This document shows positions 1 through 8,684 of a DNA stretch of 64,000 nt, piece after piece. Both the position numbers and the translations under genes were made by a program. Origin of the DNA: a virus; IMG/VR virus record IMGVR_UViG_3300031087_000001; one strand, given 5' to 3'. The first letter of the stretch is position 1. Each line of letters begins with the position of its first letter. The notes below the pieces were generated by a model, which ran no database searches, was not told the DNA's origin, and saw only the letters and a program-made list of their open reading frames with translations.

Positions 1-674
1 ATCGCCGTGAGTCGATGGAAGGCAAACCTGGTCACTACCGTGCGAAGATAGGTTCAACCTATATTCCATTCGGTGGCCGTGCAACGATTTCTCCGATCTC
101 GGAACCACACGATGCCTGGAAACTCAAAGCACCATGGCGTTGGTCGGTGGGTCTGATGGCCGTCGATATCGAGAACAAGTTGCTACGCCGGGGGTACAGT
201 CCTCGCCAGTGCGAACGCATCGTCGCGAAAGCGTGTATGCAGTATATCCCACTGGTCCACGAAATCTTCAAAGAGCTGATAGCCGAATCGCCTGGCGGCT
301 TGGGGATTATGGTTGAGCCACTGCGTAACCCAACGTTGGTACAGTTGTCCGTACAGACGTTGTACATCGATGAGATTGTCACCGATGTGAACCAGTGTTC
401 TCTGCGTATCTCTGACCGTGTTATTAAGATGGCGAACGGTGACTTCGATGGCGACCAATTCCAGGTACGTCGTCCGGTTGACCAGCGTGAAATGGAGCTG
501 GCCCTGGCATACCGTCCAGACAATGGCTTTATGTCCAGTACCGATGTGGATCGTGTCGAACATGGCATGATTTTACATAACGAGCTTATCAGTATGCAGA
601 ACCAGTTCCTCATGGAAGCAGATGAGGATGATGTAATGGGGCTGCCGTTAGAAGAGATTCTTGCACAGGAGTAA
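1..674 (+). CDS. Split multisubunit RNA polymerase, beta-prime-like N-terminal piece (5' end outside window)
   Basis: The frame is open from nt 3. The translation shows GKPGHYRAKIGSTYIPFGGRATISP (compare bacterial beta-prime [23 protein letters not shown]) and the catalytic Mg motif NGDFDGDQF (NADFDGD). The ORF stops about 70 aa after that motif, so beta-prime is split here. Confidence 0.85.
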   Translation, partial: RRESMEGKPGHYRAKIGSTYIPFGGRATISPISEPHDAWKLKAPWRWSVGLMAVDIENKLLRRGYSPRQCERIVAKACMQYIPLVHEIFKELIAESPGGLGIMVEPLRNPTLVQLSVQTLYIDEIVTDVNQCSLRISDRVIKMANGDFDGDQFQVRRPVDQREMELALAYRPDNGFMSSTDVDRVEHGMILHNELISMQNQFLMEADEDDVMGLPLEEILAQE

Positions 675-677
675 TGA

Positions 678-1268
678 ATGGCAGGCATGTGGTTGCAAGG
701 CAGTACCGTCTGGGGCAGACAGTCGGAAGGTTCTGGGATGTTCGATACATTCAAAGAGCAATTTACGCTCGACGGAATCGCCTCCGATATGCTCGACAGC
801 GTCAAGAAACATACCAGTGAGCTTATCTCGCTGGAGCGTTGGCGTGAGACGTTTAGTGCCGCACGTAAGTTACGTTATAATGACGTGACCGACGTGGTGC
901 GACAGCTCGATGAGCTGGGTGATTTCCAGTTCGCCAACGAGGCATTGCAGCCTTTCCTCGTAGCCATGCCAGAGTATCGTAAGCTGTATAACGAGAAGAT
1001 GGCCACTGGTTATGAGAACGGATATTCACAAATCGATGCGTTCCGCGGTAATGCGTATATGCACACCGACGACAACTATCGTGAAGTGACATCCGGGATG
1101 AGTACGCAGTACGACGACGAGAAGATTTGGATTTGGGCGTCCAATGAAAATCGTGCAAACCGTCTTACGAGTATTCAGAAGGTGGAAATGCAAATCAACT
1201 GGACACGTATGCGGGACTTCGACTGGGAAGATGGTGATCCCTGTTCGGAACTCGGCGCAACGTGCTAA
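678..1268 (+). CDS. Hypothetical protein (196 aa)
   Basis: ATG 678 lies 6 nt after an AGGAG that overlaps the upstream stop. An alternative ATG is at 738. A terminator follows at 1274-1300. No recognisable motif. Confidence 0.7.
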   Translation: MAGMWLQGSTVWGRQSEGSGMFDTFKEQFTLDGIASDMLDSVKKHTSELISLERWRETFSAARKLRYNDVTDVVRQLDELGDFQFANEALQPFLVAMPEYRKLYNEKMATGYENGYSQIDAFRGNAYMHTDDNYREVTSGMSTQYDDEKIWIWASNENRANRLTSIQKVEMQINWTRMRDFDWEDGDPCSELGATC

Positions 1269-1273
1269 GAAAG

Positions 1274-1300
1274 GAAGGGGCTTCGGCCTCTTCTTTTTTT
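1274..1300 (+). terminator. Rho-independent terminator
   Basis: GAAGGGGC-UUCG-GCCUCUUC stem-loop followed by a T7 run. Confidence 0.85.
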
Positions 1301-1317
1301 CTAAAGAGGAAGAGAAG

Positions 1318-1704
1318 ATGCCGATAGCTGTTGGTACCGTTTCAACCCGTGGGTGGGCGCGCACAGCAAAGGAACAGATCCGAGAACTGATGAATCATTA
1401 CACTGAGGCCGGTTTTAGCCAGTCGCAGATTTATCAGGGCAACGTGAAATCCTTAGCAAAAGCGCAACAAATCTTTTCACAAGATCCCGAGGGGTTGGCC
1501 AACCGAATTAAATCCGACCTGGAGAACCTGTACGGGAATGTGTTCCCGGAAGGTGTCGAGGTAGAAACGACCTGGGAGTATCTCCAGGATTCGGATGTGC
1601 GTTATCGCATTACCATCTCTTTGCGTGTCATGAAGAACGGAGAGTGGATTGATGCGATTCGCTATGTGGAAACAGAAAGTAGTACAGTAGAGGACGAATC
1701 ATGA
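1318..1704 (+). CDS. Hypothetical protein (128 aa)
   Basis: The track ORF 1144-1704 is trimmed to ATG 1318 because 1274-1300 is a terminator and a GAGGAAGAGAAG Shine-Dalgarno precedes 1318. Confidence 0.75.
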   Translation: MPIAVGTVSTRGWARTAKEQIRELMNHYTEAGFSQSQIYQGNVKSLAKAQQIFSQDPEGLANRIKSDLENLYGNVFPEGVEVETTWEYLQDSDVRYRITISLRVMKNGEWIDAIRYVETESSTVEDES

Positions 1705-2414
1705 GCCATAAGCCGGGTGAGTTTAACGGGGTACCCATCGACCGTTTAGATGGGAAGATGAAGTTTGAATACGAGAAGCTGGTTGATTACGAGCAGGAGT
1801 TGCTGGGCGGTCAGAATGTGTGCAGTACGTTTACCGAAGCCATGTTCCGTCGCCAAGGCTTGCCGCTGCTGACCGGGATGCTGGATGGGTCGTTTAATGA
1901 TGCGGCCTGGGAAAGCTACGTCGGTAATGCGTTCGTGCCCCTGCAAATCGTATCAGACATGGATCACTCCAAACTGCTGTTTACGATCCCGCCACTGATG
2001 AATACCGGGCGTTCTCTCCAGCACGTTGAAGGGCAGGTCAGCTTAACCGAAGAGACGGAGAACATCCGTTTACAGGCTGATATTCTCTCCGAAGTCGGTG
2101 AGCAGCAAATGCACCAGATGATTGACCAAACCCTGGAAGGGATTGAGCAGTTGTCGTATCTGGAAAATGCGATTGCCGCCAAGTACAAAATCGATCTCAT
2201 TAACTGGGTCTTCCGCCGTTATCAGGTCGGGGGGCAGTTAGAATACCCGGAAGGTTTACTGGACGTGGTCGCGTATGCTGAGAAGCGTGGCGTTGCCGGA
2301 GCACAGGCAACCACACAAACCTCAGTTGTGCCAAACCAGCAAGGTAAAGCACAAGCGCAGCCACAGCCACAAGTTAAAGCGGGCGGTATCGGCGATGGTG
2401 ATGACGATTACTAA
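1701..2414 (+). CDS. Hypothetical protein (237 aa) with Q/P/A-rich linker and acidic C-terminal tip GDGDDDY
   Basis: ATGA start/stop overlap with the upstream gene. The C-terminus reads ...QGKAQAQPQPQVKAGGIGDGDDDY. Its 3' end overlaps the start of the nuclease gene by 20 nt. Confidence 0.8.
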   Translation: MSHKPGEFNGVPIDRLDGKMKFEYEKLVDYEQELLGGQNVCSTFTEAMFRRQGLPLLTGMLDGSFNDAAWESYVGNAFVPLQIVSDMDHSKLLFTIPPLMNTGRSLQHVEGQVSLTEETENIRLQADILSEVGEQQMHQMIDQTLEGIEQLSYLENAIAAKYKIDLINWVFRRYQVGGQLEYPEGLLDVVAYAEKRGVAGAQATTQTSVVPNQQGKAQAQPQPQVKAGGIGDGDDDY

Positions 2415-3546
2415 TCCTCCACACAAACCTGTGGGGGTGAAGCGAATCTTCAGTACCGGGGATGTGCACCTGCTGCATAAGCGGGTGCCAACCTGGCACA
2501 TTGTCATGGTGTTTAAAGAGGCACTGTTGGCATGTGGAAATACGATTGATGCCCTTTATATAGCCGGGGATTTATTTGATGATTCCCGACAGTTGCGCCA
2601 AGAGGACTCCCATGAAGCAGTGGGCTTTCTGACCTGGTTGCTCAACTGGGCAAAAGAGACAAACACGGCTGTCCGTGTTGTGGAAGGTACGCCGTCACAC
2701 GATCACAATCAATCGAAGATCGTCGAGTCACTCAATGCAACCATTGGTGCCGATTGTCTGTATCTCGAGAAGATTGGCGTCTTTTACGATAGCGCACTGG
2801 AAACGTATGTCGGTTGGGTGCAGGATGAGTACAAGGCCAACGGCGCACCTGAAATCAATGCCAAATCCACCGAGGCGGAAATGGCAGAGTTGATGGCAAC
2901 ACGCGGTCTGGAGAAAGTAGGTTTCTTCTTCATGCACGGTTGTTTCCAGTTCCAACTCCCGATAGAGTCGCCCCGTTCGTTTAACGAAGAGTTTTGGGAA
3001 TCGAGAGTCGAGCATTTGATAATCATTCACCACGACCATAGACGTAAACAGAAGGGAAAGATTCGTGTCACCGGCAGCCCTGAGCGGTTGTCACAAGGTG
3101 AAGAAGAAGACAAGGGTTTTGCCATTGTCGATTTCACCCCTGAGATTGCACGAGATTATTTCTTGGTCAATCCGCGCGCTTGCCCTCAGCGTAAAGTGCG
3201 GGCACAGGAAGACTACGAAGCGCAATACGCCGAATGTCTCTCTGCGTTAGAGTATATCGATTCCCATCCGTCCGCTTGTATCGGTCGGTTCGAAGTCGAG
3301 TATTACCCCGGTTCTCCACTGGCCGAGCATGTGAATCAGTGGAAAAAAGAATATTCGTTCCACGTATCTGGGGAACGGGTACGAACCTCCGAAGAGGAGG
3401 AGTTGTTGGTACAAGGCTTCTCTATCGATGCACCTGTCGATGAGATTATTACGCAAGACAACGTCGAGCGTATCATGTTGGAAGAGTTGGCACCGTTTAA
3501 ATACGATGCTGCTATTGTCACCAGCATTATCAGGAGCGTTGCATGA
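2395..3546 (+). CDS. Calcineurin-type metallophosphoesterase, Mre11/SbcD-like nuclease
   Basis: Ordered phosphoesterase motifs are present: STGDVHL (DxH), IAGDLFDD (GDxxD), EGTPSHDHN (GNHD-like), FFMHGCF (H) and IIIHHDHR (GHxH-like). The track ORF 2275-3546 is trimmed to ATG 2395 (or 2401), just before the upstream stop. Confidence 0.7.
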   Translation: MVMTITNPPHKPVGVKRIFSTGDVHLLHKRVPTWHIVMVFKEALLACGNTIDALYIAGDLFDDSRQLRQEDSHEAVGFLTWLLNWAKETNTAVRVVEGTPSHDHNQSKIVESLNATIGADCLYLEKIGVFYDSALETYVGWVQDEYKANGAPEINAKSTEAEMAELMATRGLEKVGFFFMHGCFQFQLPIESPRSFNEEFWESRVEHLIIIHHDHRRKQKGKIRVTGSPERLSQGEEEDKGFAIVDFTPEIARDYFLVNPRACPQRKVRAQEDYEAQYAECLSALEYIDSHPSACIGRFEVEYYPGSPLAEHVNQWKKEYSFHVSGERVRTSEEEELLVQGFSIDAPVDEIITQDNVERIMLEELAPFKYDAAIVTSIIRSVA

Positions 3547-4379
3547 CCCCGATTAGCGTAGACCGCAAATTTGGGTTTTATCAGATGTCCATCGCCACTT
3601 CACTGGCGTTTGAAGGGCTACTTCATAGCGGCGAATATGCCGACTGGAAAGGCGAACTGCCCATCCATGACTATCAGGAAATTTTCCTGAATCTCCGGAC
3701 CTTGTTCCGTAACGCATTTTACGCGTTTGAAGAGAACCGTGAACGATTAACAGCTGACGTCTTACTGACATCGATTGAAGAAGATATTACAAATATCATG
3801 GCTACCGCGCAAGCGGTAGCCCCTTCGGTGTTATGTGTGCCGTACATGTGCACGTATAAAAGCGTGAACAAAGTGTTCCCGGAAGCTTCATTCCGTTCTA
3901 TTGCCAGCGGTGAAAACAAGATGACGCCGACCATGCTCCACTATAATGCACTGGAGCATGACACGCTGAAACTGTTCGATGAGAAGTGGCCCGAAGCTTA
4001 CCGTAAGTTTGATGTCTTTCCAGACGGTAAGCAAGACACACTGATGTTAACCCATCTGCCAGCAGACCTGTTGGCGCGTACTGATTTTCCAAAGTTAGGC
4101 TTGTTAGAGTCCCATACCGGAAAGGTGAAGACCCAACTGGAATGGTACACCAAGCTGAACAACAAACCCGAGCAGATACCGTTCAACAAAGCGTTTTTAA
4201 CTATCTTTGGTGATGCGTATATGTTCGCTCCGTTAGACCGTAAAGTCCGGGGTGTGTTACTGAAAACAGCGGAGAAATACCACTGGCGTCAGGATACCAC
4301 CATGGACAGGATTCACAGTTGCTTGCGCTTAATGAATGAACCGCATGTGATGGAATTCTTACGTCGCTGCTCCCGCTAA
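3543..4379 (+). CDS. Hypothetical protein (278 aa)
   Basis: AGGAG Shine-Dalgarno and ATGA overlap with the upstream stop. No recognisable motif. Confidence 0.8.
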   Translation: MTPISVDRKFGFYQMSIATSLAFEGLLHSGEYADWKGELPIHDYQEIFLNLRTLFRNAFYAFEENRERLTADVLLTSIEEDITNIMATAQAVAPSVLCVPYMCTYKSVNKVFPEASFRSIASGENKMTPTMLHYNALEHDTLKLFDEKWPEAYRKFDVFPDGKQDTLMLTHLPADLLARTDFPKLGLLESHTGKVKTQLEWYTKLNNKPEQIPFNKAFLTIFGDAYMFAPLDRKVRGVLLKTAEKYHWRQDTTMDRIHSCLRLMNEPHVMEFLRRCSR

Positions 4380-4442
4380 AAATTTACGCATTAGGGTTAT
4401 CCTGTGGGAACCCAAACATGCTTTTCCGAAGGAATTAATTTA

Positions 4443-5111
4443 ATGGTCAATCAAAACATCTTCAAAGAAAAATGGCTTTATCCGCAGACTGAACCGGATC
4501 AGCAGAACCGTACCCGTAAGTTGGGTATCGAGCCGAATGATTTTAACGGTGACGTCGAAGGGATGAAGTTCAACTATTCCTTCGCGAAAGGCGAAGGTCT
4601 GTATTTCTCAGCACCTTTGTCTGTGTGTCGTGACATCGTCGACAGCCTTCAGTCTACGCTGATGAAATCAGAAAAGTCGGTCATCAAGTTCACGAACGAA
4701 AACGGTAACAAACCGCCGGTAAGTCTTCACGTTGGTCGTGATGAGAACCTGGTACCGTTCATGGCTATCTCTGGTGAAATCCAGGGCGCAGGCGCGCGCC
4801 AGAAGAAGTTCTACTTCTCTTACCCGAAAGGCTTCCGTGTATTCCGTAACGGTGAGCAGGTAAGCGATCTGGAACTGGCGGAACGCGCAGCGCGCGCTTT
4901 CATCAAGAACTTCGAACTGTTCGTTACAGATCTCGAAGAGAAGTACAAACCGCGTGAGTTCAACAACACTGGCGGTGGAAACTTCGGTCGTGGCGGCTAC
5001 AATGGTGGTGGCGGTAATGGTGGTGGCAACCGTGGTAACGGTGGCGGCTATCAGCAACAGCAACAATCTCAGCCTCCGTCAACAACTGACAGCTACGACG
5101 ATTTCGTATAA
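4443..5111 (+). CDS. Putative non-canonical single-stranded DNA-binding protein (SSB-like tail architecture)
   Basis: ATG 4443 is preceded by AAGGA; the track start at 4404 is a GTG. The C-terminal 47 aa are a Gly/Asn/Gln/Pro-rich linker (GGGNFGRGGYNGGGGNGGGNRGNGGGYQQQQQSQPPS) ending in the acidic tip DSYDDFV. This layout matches bacterial SSB and T7 gp2.5 tails. The N-terminal domain is not recognisably OB-fold by eye. Confidence 0.5.
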   Translation: MVNQNIFKEKWLYPQTEPDQQNRTRKLGIEPNDFNGDVEGMKFNYSFAKGEGLYFSAPLSVCRDIVDSLQSTLMKSEKSVIKFTNENGNKPPVSLHVGRDENLVPFMAISGEIQGAGARQKKFYFSYPKGFRVFRNGEQVSDLELAERAARAFIKNFELFVTDLEEKYKPREFNNTGGGNFGRGGYNGGGGNGGGNRGNGGGYQQQQQSQPPSTTDSYDDFV

Positions 5112-5125
5112 AAAATAAAGCGCAG

Positions 5126-5149
5126 AGCCCGAGGGATATCCCTCGGGCT
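5126..5149. terminator. Perfect 24-nt palindrome / stem-loop without U-tract
   Basis: AGCCCGAGGGATATCCCTCGGGCT is its own reverse complement. It lies 14 nt after the stop at 5111. No T-run follows on the + strand; an A-run precedes it. Confidence 0.45.
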
Positions 5150-5191
5150 ATAAAGCAGCTATGTGTATCAGAGTGCAGTGAAAGAGAACTG

Positions 5192-5205
5192 AGATAGATA
5201 TTATC
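5192..5205 (+). promoter_or_regulatory. Promoter-like element copy 1 (AGATAGATATTATC)
   Basis: Exact 14-mer, 35 nt upstream of ATG 5241 and downstream of the hairpin at 5126-5149. Its flank TTGGTG is shared with copy 6. Confidence 0.6.
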
Positions 5206-5240
5206 TTGGTGCAATCGACTATTCGCGGAGCTTTACCATA

Positions 5241-6887
5241 ATGAAAATTGAGAAAATTCGTGACCGCCTGGTCGTCCGATTGGGCGATAGTGAGGTAGGA
5301 TTCAACGGCTTTCGTGGCAGCCGTAAAGACCAGAATGTTCCGGAGATTTACGACGCCAAGGGAGCGGTGATCCCCCGCGACCGGATTATGTTCATGGAAA
5401 TTGAGCGGTATTGGTCAACCTTAACCGCCGATGAAAAAGCTGACCTGTTCAGTGCCTACGCTGAGCTGGAACTGCTGGCCAATGAACCGCCGGAAGTGGT
5501 ACGCAAACATGCGCCTCGACTGGTGAACAAGATTTCTCGTTATCATAGTGCTGAACGCTTTAAGCAACTGTATCCACTCAGCTCGGTCTGGATTCCGGAA
5601 AACATGTCAATGACGTACGACGACATGTCAACCAACTATCCCGAAGCCATGACGTATATCGTCTCGGACTATTACGAGCTGATTATTCTGGTGATGTTAA
5701 TTAAACCGTTCATTCCGGTGTTCCTGACGCTTGGGGCTTTCCCAACCAGTAAAGGGGCGGCGGTGGAGATGAAACGTAAGAACGTCTATAACCTGACGTA
5801 TTGCATGGATCTCCTGAACGATACCGATATCATGAAACTGCCAGCGATTCCGAAATTGCGTGGCTTCCTGGATTGCGTGCTGGAAAAAGTGCAGCGTGAC
5901 CAATCTAACAAAGGCATGATGTCGACCAGTCTGTCGGTGCTGGCTACTGTCAGCGGCTATGGCACAGACATGACAGACGAGTATGTGATGGCGTTCGCTG
6001 TCATTCGTCTGTTGTCCATGCGCTTAATCGGGGCTGAACTGCCGAAAGGTACCATGGTTGAGAACAACATGGTGGCGGGTTTGTTCTTTAACGTGAAGCA
6101 GGAAATTGAAACGGGGTTCGCTTCTAAGATCTCGAATCAGAACGTGCTGTTAAAGCAACATCCTGAAAACGTGGTGTTCAACGGTGAGCGTGGTAAGATA
6201 AACTCGACTGATTTGATTCAGGCGCGTACTACTGCCCCCATCAAAGAGTACGTGCGTACCGAGGTGTTCTTTAAAGATTACCGCCGGGCGCTCAAGAGCA
6301 TCGACATTGCGGTGCCACCGGCTGATGTGAAGATACTGATTGATTCCATTCAGTTGAACCACACCTCGCCGTTTTACGAACTGCACGAGTGGCTGATAGC
6401 GGCTGCCCTGCATCGGTTTGCCGATAGACGCACCTATAAAGACATTGACGCCGAAGCGTTCATGTGCGGTATGGGGTTAGCGCAAGCGGTGTACCTGAAC
6501 TACGGGATGCCTGAAATCGCACAGCTGCTTAGTTGTGAAATGATTCAGTCTGACCTCAGTACCGGGTATCCGATTGAACCTATCGACAATGAAATCAAAA
6601 TAAAGACGGATAGATATTATCCTCAAGCATACCGTGGACAACGCAACACGAGCGAGACTTCCACGTTACGCGATTCCCTTAATCTTCTTCTGCGTGAACA
6701 CGTTGGTCCGTTCTTCTTCCATCTCAGGGCAACACCAGAAGCGGCAATGCTGCTGAAGTGTGAAATGGATATCGAAGCATACGCACCGCACAAACGTATT
6801 CAGAACATGCTTGCAGAGTTCCTGTTAATTCAGGCTCGCAAGAAAGTAGAAGAAGTTGACTGGTTTAATGACAAAGCATCGGCTTGA
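5241..6887 (+). CDS. Hypothetical protein (548 aa)
   Basis: First gene after promoter-like element copy 1 (5192-5205), with a GGAG Shine-Dalgarno. It contains an internal copy of the element at 6608-6621. Confidence 0.85.
   Translation: MKIEKIRDRLVVRLGDSEVGFNGFRGSRKDQNVPEIYDAKGAVIPRDRIMFMEIERYWSTLTADEKADLFSAYAELELLANEPPEVVRKHAPRLVNKISRYHSAERFKQLYPLSSVWIPENMSMTYDDMSTNYPEAMTYIVSDYYELIILVMLIKPFIPVFLTLGAFPTSKGAAVEMKRKNVYNLTYCMDLLNDTDIMKLPAIPKLRGFLDCVLEKVQRDQSNKGMMSTSLSVLATVSGYGTDMTDEYVMAFAVIRLLSMRLIGAELPKGTMVENNMVAGLFFNVKQEIETGFASKISNQNVLLKQHPENVVFNGERGKINSTDLIQARTTAPIKEYVRTEVFFKDYRRALKSIDIAVPPADVKILIDSIQLNHTSPFYELHEWLIAAALHRFADRRTYKDIDAEAFMCGMGLAQAVYLNYGMPEIAQLLSCEMIQSDLSTGYPIEPIDNEIKIKTDRYYPQAYRGQRNTSETSTLRDSLNLLLREHVGPFFFHLRATPEAAMLLKCEMDIEAYAPHKRIQNMLAEFLLIQARKKVEEVDWFNDKASA
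6608..6621 (+). promoter_or_regulatory. Promoter-like element copy 2, intragenic (GGATAGATATTATC)
   Basis: 13/14 match plus shared flanks (AAAATAAA upstream, CCT downstream, as in copy 3). It lies inside CDS 5241-6887, 284 nt upstream of ATG 6906. Confidence 0.5.
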
Positions 6888-6905
6888 CCTAAAGGAGTAT
6901 TATAA

Positions 6906-8666
6906 ATGGCAATGAAATTACTGAAACTCGCAATGTACCCGGTTTACGAAGTACCGGAGCAGATTCGTCGTCGTGTTGGCTTTAATGCCAGCACCGGTGC
7001 CCTGGATGACCTGGCTACTGCGGTAGCCATGGGTGGTACCAAAGCCACTGGCACCCTGCAATATCAGCAGGCGTTGTCACAAATCGTGGGCTTCGATGAC
7101 GGCAAAGATGGATTCGAGCGTCCGTTCGTGAACGTCAGTGATGACGATGCGAACCCGATTCAGTTCCAGTTCGGGTCGAACGATACGGGCGTCTATAACT
7201 TCGTGGCAATCATTGTGGCGCAGCCGATTGCAGGCTCGAAGTCACAAGAGACCCAGTACGTGGTATCCGGCTATACTTCACAGGCAGAGAAATCCCTGTT
7301 CGGTAAACTGCCTGATGACATGGTGCTGTACATTAACGACATCTACGGTCTGCAATGTACGTACGACGGTGATGGACTGGGTGGTCGTCGTATCAACCCG
7401 GACTCTTATCGTCTGGTCGATAACTACGTGCTGTCGAAGTCGCTGTCGCATGTGGGCTATAGCGAAAACAGTGTAGACATCATTTCTGTGGCGAAATCTG
7501 CAGACATGGTGAAACGTATTGAGCTGGCATCGAATGAAGATTTCGTGCCGGATGCCAATACGATGCTGTCGCCGAATGCGCAACATGCCCCACAACTGCT
7601 GACCGGTCAGTTAACCCGTCCGGAAGCGTTCGTCTCTGCCATCTCCAATGCGTACCTGTCAACCGCAGGTATCGATACAGAGCTGGGTCAGGTCGATAGC
7701 TTCTTCGCCGGTAACACCAGTATCGGGATTGACTCAGAGCTGACTAACCTTGGCGTGGTTCGTAACTTTAACAACTACGAGCTGATCAAAGCCATGCGTG
7801 CGGCGCTGACCAACGCTACCTCTGATATCAGCGGTGGTTGGAAAGCAACCAGTAAAGCCACCTTCCGTCTGGCCGATTTGCGTGCGTGCATCTCGAACCC
7901 GATGGACATGGATGTGTGGATTGGTGAATCGATCCGACTGGCTGAGCAGCGTGGTCTGGGCCAAATCGAGCAGACCGATAACTGGATTGGACGTAATGAC
8001 ATGTCCACCCAGGGTTCACTCGTGGCGTACGACCTGGCAATGATGCTGGGTGCAACCATGACCCGTAACCTGCTCGGCGAAGTGTCGTTCATGTTTGATA
8101 ACCGTAATGCGGATATCCTGCAAGAACCGATTCTGAAAGTGTTCCCGCACAACGTGGGTTCACTGACCGATGGCCCACTGCCGGATGTCATGGCGCGTCG
8201 TTTCCTGAACGACCTGCGTGCGGTGATGATTCAAGTCACCAAACACAACCGCATCCGTTGTAAGATGGTGGTGACCTGTCTGGTGGGTACGGTGTCCCGT
8301 ATCGAAATCACCATCGACGGCGACCTGACCGAATGGTATACCTTCGCGTCGTTTATGCAGTTCCGTCTGCACAACGGCAACACAACCGATCTCACCTATG
8401 CAGGACGTCTGGCGAAAAATACCGCTGGCCTCCTTAAGCATGTGGAAGAAGGTTTCAACGAGTTCGAACGCAACAGCGGCATTACCCGCCTGAAATCCAA
8501 TATCCCGACCGCAGCTTCTGGTCTCGGCACCGACCTTGGTGGCTTGAACCCGAATGCGGTACTGGGCGACACCCTTGGTGGGTTGAGTTCAGATAGCGGA
8601 CTGGGTAGCCTGGGCGGCGGACTCGGTGGTGGGTTAGGCGGTGGTAACAATCGCGGCGGTCTCTAA
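6906..8666 (+). CDS. Hypothetical abundant protein (586 aa) with Gly/Leu-rich C-terminal tail; possible phage-nucleus shell (chimallin-like) protein, function unproven
   Basis: Strong Shine-Dalgarno TAAAGGAG and strongly biased codons (cgt, ctg, ggt, acc). An intragenic promoter-like element lies 285 nt upstream. The C-terminal 48 aa read GLGTDLGGLNPNAVLGDTLGGLSSDSGLGSLGGGLGGGLGGGNNRGGL. The functional guess rests only on size, expression signals and proximity to RNAP and replication genes. Confidence 0.8.
   Translation: MAMKLLKLAMYPVYEVPEQIRRRVGFNASTGALDDLATAVAMGGTKATGTLQYQQALSQIVGFDDGKDGFERPFVNVSDDDANPIQFQFGSNDTGVYNFVAIIVAQPIAGSKSQETQYVVSGYTSQAEKSLFGKLPDDMVLYINDIYGLQCTYDGDGLGGRRINPDSYRLVDNYVLSKSLSHVGYSENSVDIISVAKSADMVKRIELASNEDFVPDANTMLSPNAQHAPQLLTGQLTRPEAFVSAISNAYLSTAGIDTELGQVDSFFAGNTSIGIDSELTNLGVVRNFNNYELIKAMRAALTNATSDISGGWKATSKATFRLADLRACISNPMDMDVWIGESIRLAEQRGLGQIEQTDNWIGRNDMSTQGSLVAYDLAMMLGATMTRNLLGEVSFMFDNRNADILQEPILKVFPHNVGSLTDGPLPDVMARRFLNDLRAVMIQVTKHNRIRCKMVVTCLVGTVSRIEITIDGDLTEWYTFASFMQFRLHNGNTTDLTYAGRLAKNTAGLLKHVEEGFNEFERNSGITRLKSNIPTAASGLGTDLGGLNPNAVLGDTLGGLSSDSGLGSLGGGLGGGLGGGNNRGGL
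8520..8663 (+). repeat. Coding low-complexity Gly/Leu-rich tail (48 aa)
   Basis: GLGTDLGGLNPNAVLGDTLGGLSSDSGLGSLGGGLGGGLGGGNNRGGL, encoded with mixed synonymous codons. Confidence 0.9.
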
Positions 8667-8684
8667 TTTAAGGATTATGTTCCC

